Shown one piece after another: positions 58,258 to 64,000 of a stretch of 64,000 nucleotides of DNA; position 1 is the first letter of the stretch, and each line of letters begins with the position of its first letter. The notes beneath the pieces were generated by a model. That model made no database searches and was not told where the DNA came from. It saw nothing but the letters and a program-made list of their open reading frames with translations. A program made the position numbers and the translations under genes. This DNA is from the human T2T-CHM13v2.0 reference genome, Homo sapiens: assembly GCF_009914755.1 (NCBI RefSeq), contig NC_060946.1. One strand, given 5' to 3'.

Positions 58258-58917
58258 GGGGATCAGCTGATTGGAAATGTTTGGTTCTTGAGCCTGGGCA
58301 GGGGCCTGGGTAGTAGTATTTATGCCTTTTTGCCCATCTGAAATACTTGACATGATTTTCTTTTAAAAACAGGAAAACAATCCTAAAGTGGCATCTCTAG
58401 TGGTTGAATCTAACCCTGCTTCTTACCCAGAGCTTCATGAAGTGGTGTCTCTAATGCTTGAATCTAAACCTGCGTCTCGCCCAGAGCTTCACTCAGCTCC
58501 TAGCCTTCTCCCTAGTCCTGGCTACTCTCCGCTGGACTGTGCCACAGCTTCCACTCCCACCCTCCACACAGCGGCCAGAGGCAAATCCAGCCATGTTGCT
58601 CTCCTGCTTAAAATCCTTCCACAGCCCCGTCTCCCTGCCAATAAAGTCCCTGTCCTCCTGGCTTCAGCCCTTACCCCGACAGGACATAGGTCACGCCCAC
58701 TGAAAGTCCTCTGCTGCTCAACTGCCCCAAACTCCTTCTCACCCTAAGGCCTCCACACATGCTGTTCCTTCTCCAAGAACATTCTTCCCGCCCCCACCCC
58801 TCCTCTGCCCATTGCCTGCTCATCCTCCAGATGGCAGCTTCCCTGATGCCTGAACTGAGATGCTCTATAGAGAGAGAAGAGGGCCCTGAGAGCTTCTCTG
58901 GCAGGGCTGCAGAGCAC

Positions 58918-58984
58918 TCATCCATCCATCCATCCATCCATCATCCATCCATCCATCCATCCATCCATCCATCCATCCATCCAT
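58918..58984. repeat. (CATC)n tetranucleotide repeat
   Basis: ~16 units with one interruption. Confidence 0.95.
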
Positions 58985-60344
58985 GTGTGCCGCAGCAACA
59001 TGGCGTCGTAGTTGCAGACACGAACTGTCACGTTAGACAGGCCAGCATCATTTTCAGTTCCTTGCTTACTAGATCTGCGGCCTTGGGCAAGCTGCTTAAC
59101 TCCTCTGGCCCTCAGTTACCTTATCTGTAAAATGGGTGTAATAATAGTACCTACATTTGGGGATATAAATAATGATAAAATGAAAGAACAGATATGAAGT
59201 GTGGTCAACCATAAGAGGCAGTACGTGGTTGTCACATTACTATTATTCTTTGCTGTTATTGAGAGGCAGGAGAGCATAATGTGTCATGGTGCAGGCCCTG
59301 GAGCCAGACTGCCTGGGTGGAAATGCCAGCTGAGTGAGCTGGACAAGCTTCTGAAACTTTCTGAGCCTCAGTTTCCTCATCTGTAAAACAGAGATAGTAA
59401 TAGTACCATAGTTCTTGTGGGATTCAATTGTAAGGCCCTTGACAGGCCTGGTGCAGAGGGTGAGCTCACCCCTGCTGCCTCTTGCCAAGTGCCAGGTGCT
59501 GTGGCCCCAAAGGCAAATATGGCCCCATGGTTCCGCAGGTGGCGGTGCTCCCAGCTGGCGGTGCTCCCAGCTGGCGGTGAGGCAGAGGCTGTTCTGGGAT
59601 GGCCAGGCCACCAGCTCTTGCCAAGGTGGAAGTTTGGGGTCAGGAAGCCTTCTCAGAGAAACCCCATACTGCCACCCTGCCTTCCTCTCCAGGGACAGAC
59701 CCAGCAGGTGGCTCCGCCTCCTCCTACCCAGGTGGGGAACAGGTGAGTGGTGGGCAAAGGACAGGTTGGTTTTGATCATCCTGGTCTCCTAGTACCACTT
59801 TGGAGCTGAAGGAAAGAAGACAAATGGGGAGGAGGATGAGGAAGAGGGAGCAGGGATGGGGTTGGCCATGTACCTCCCGGGTCCGAGACCCCAGACCGTG
59901 TCTAAAGACCCCTCTGGCCCCAGGCCCCTTGCTCCTCCCTTCAAAAGTCCCTCCTGTCAGGCTGCTGCTTCCAGAAGCCCAGCTGGGAGTTCTGCTGAGG
60001 TCCTGCCTGCCCACACACCTTCCGGGCCCCCAAAATCCTCAGCAGATGGAGGTCCCCCACCCCTAGCCCACTTCAGTGAGAAATCCTGGCTTGGTCTTGA
60101 CTCAGCCTCTGTGGCTGTGGGCAGGTCCCTCAGCCTCTCTGAGCCTCAGCTTCCCCTGGAGTGAAACAAGGGCTGTGGAAGCACATAAGTGCTCCCACCT
60201 TGGGTTGGTTGCTTCTATCCCTGTCCCCAGAGTTCCACGGGGATGATGTGCCCAAGACTGTCCTGGGGAGACGCCCCCCCGCCGCCCCGGCACCCCACCT
60301 TCTTCACTCTGTGAGGAGCACCGACCTCTGAGTTCATTCCACCT

Positions 60345-61457
<1,113 letters not shown>

Positions 61458-62122
61458 CCTCACAGGCTTTCAAATCTCCATTTCAGACAGGAAACTGAGG
61501 CTGAGAAAGTTAAGCACCTTGCCTGAGGTCACAGAACTCTCAAGTGACAGAGCTGGAATTTGCACCCAGGTGATCTGGCCCTGGAGTCTGTACCAGGAAC
61601 ATGTTCCACACTGCAGCTTTCTCAGGGCTGGAGGGGGCACTGTGGGGGAGGGAGGACACTGTGGGTCCACATCCTCCAACCAAAGCCCAATAGCAGAAGC
61701 CCTCTCTCCACATTCCACAGCCCCCCGCCATTCCCTTCTCCCAAGCCCTCCTCACTGCCAAACAGGCAGGGTCAGGGGAACCAGTGCCCACTAGGCAGAA
61801 GCTTCTAGAATGGGCAGCAAAGTCAGAGAAAAACAAAGACAACCAACGGAATTTAGAGAAGACACCAAGAGATCCTCGAAGCTGCTGTTTATCTTCAGAT
61901 TTCCCAGAGAAACATAGTTCTGGCAGTGGGTGGAAGGGGCTCGAGGGCGGTACACACATGTACCCCCATAAACACACCTACACCCCACACAATCCCTATT
62001 TAGAAGCCTTCTGCCCAAGAACTCAGAATGTAGAGCCTAAGGGGACTGGGACTTAGCTCCTCCTCCCGCCTGTTTTACAGATAAGAAAACCAAGGCACCA
62101 AGAGGGAAAGTGATTAGTCTAA

Positions 62123-62536
<414 letters not shown>

Positions 62537-62953
62537 TATTTCAGAGACTTTTTAGAGCTGGAAGCATGTTTCGGGCGTATCTGGCCTGCTATATCATTCT
62601 TTGTATGGAGGGGAAAACTGAAGCTGGTGGGGGGCGGGGCAGGGATTTGCCTGGGTCTGTGTCCTTCACTGTCTCTGAGCTTCTATTTGCTCATCTGTAA
62701 GATGGGAATGCGTTCAGCCTCTATCATAGGACTGAAGACTGAATAAGCTAATATGTATCTAGTAAGTGTCTAATAAGTGTTAGTTATTATCAGCAGCAGC
62801 AGCAGCAGTGAAGGTCTTGCAGCAAGTCTCTCGGCTATCTAGCCGGTCAGCAGGACAAGCCTTGAGGACTGGCCTTCACCCCTCTCACTCTGGGCTCCGA
62901 GGCAGAAATGGTCCAGGACAGTGACTAGCACAGGCACCGCCCTCACCTGGCTA

Positions 62954-63257
<304 letters not shown>

Positions 63258-63721
63258 TCACCTGTCTTTTCCATGCTCCCAAAGGTGGGTGACGTCTGAC
63301 CCCTCCAGATGGGTCTAGAGTTGATGATGAAGAACGAGGGCTCTACAGCCAGACAGTGGGCTCCACTGCTGCCTTGGGGCCAGTTCCTTAACCTCTCTGA
63401 ACCTTGGTTTCTTTGTACCTCCCTCACAGAGATTTTACAAGGATTAAATAAGATAATGCACTGTGCCTGCCGCATAGTAAGTGCTCAGTAAGTGTTCGCT
63501 ATAATGGTTATTTGGCTCCCACTCCAGGATGGGAGGAGGCAATCAGCTTGCTGGGCTGGGTTAAGGATGTGGTTTATGCCAAAGAAATGCTGTTGAAATT
63601 AATCTTGAAGTTCCGTTGTATACATACATTAAATTAGCACAAAAATGGAACAGGGGAACACACATGCATGGCCTGTAGCCGCATCATTGGGCCAACTCTT
63701 GGAAAGTGGCTCCTGGCCTCA

Positions 63722-64000
<279 letters not shown>

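Overview
Human (primate) genomic DNA, recognised from the encoded proteins as the DNAL4-NPTXR interval (chr22q13.1 from memory, not verified by alignment). Two spliced genes lie on the minus strand. DNAL4 (axonemal dynein light chain 4) is complete: non-coding exon 1 in a CpG island at ~18.4-18.5 kb, three coding exons giving 105 aa, and an ATTAAA poly(A) signal at ~2.86 kb. NPTXR (neuronal pentraxin receptor) is represented by exons 2-5 and a ~4.15 kb 3'UTR; exon 1 lies beyond the right edge. The rest is repeat-dense: about 30 Alus, MIR/L2/L1M relics, a Tigger3 carrying four Alus, MaLR/ERV LTRs, a full-length young SVA, a 25-bp VNTR and microsatellites. I find no evidence for a genuinely new biological system, and nearly all ORFs in the supplied track are repeat- or GC-derived noise. 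The most interesting signals are: (i) a ~430 bp copy of nearby L2-derived DNA patched into the middle of a solo LTR8 (templated insertion); (ii) a near-canonical REST/RE1 site in NPTXR intron 3; (iii) a possible stop-free, in-frame 474-nt NPTXR exon 2-3 circle flanked by inverted Alus; (iv) the SVA_F-like insertion; (v) a Pumilio element plus UG-repeat module at the NPTXR 3' end; (vi) several local duplications in NPTXR intron 1. Repeat boundaries and subfamily names were read by eye and are approximate.
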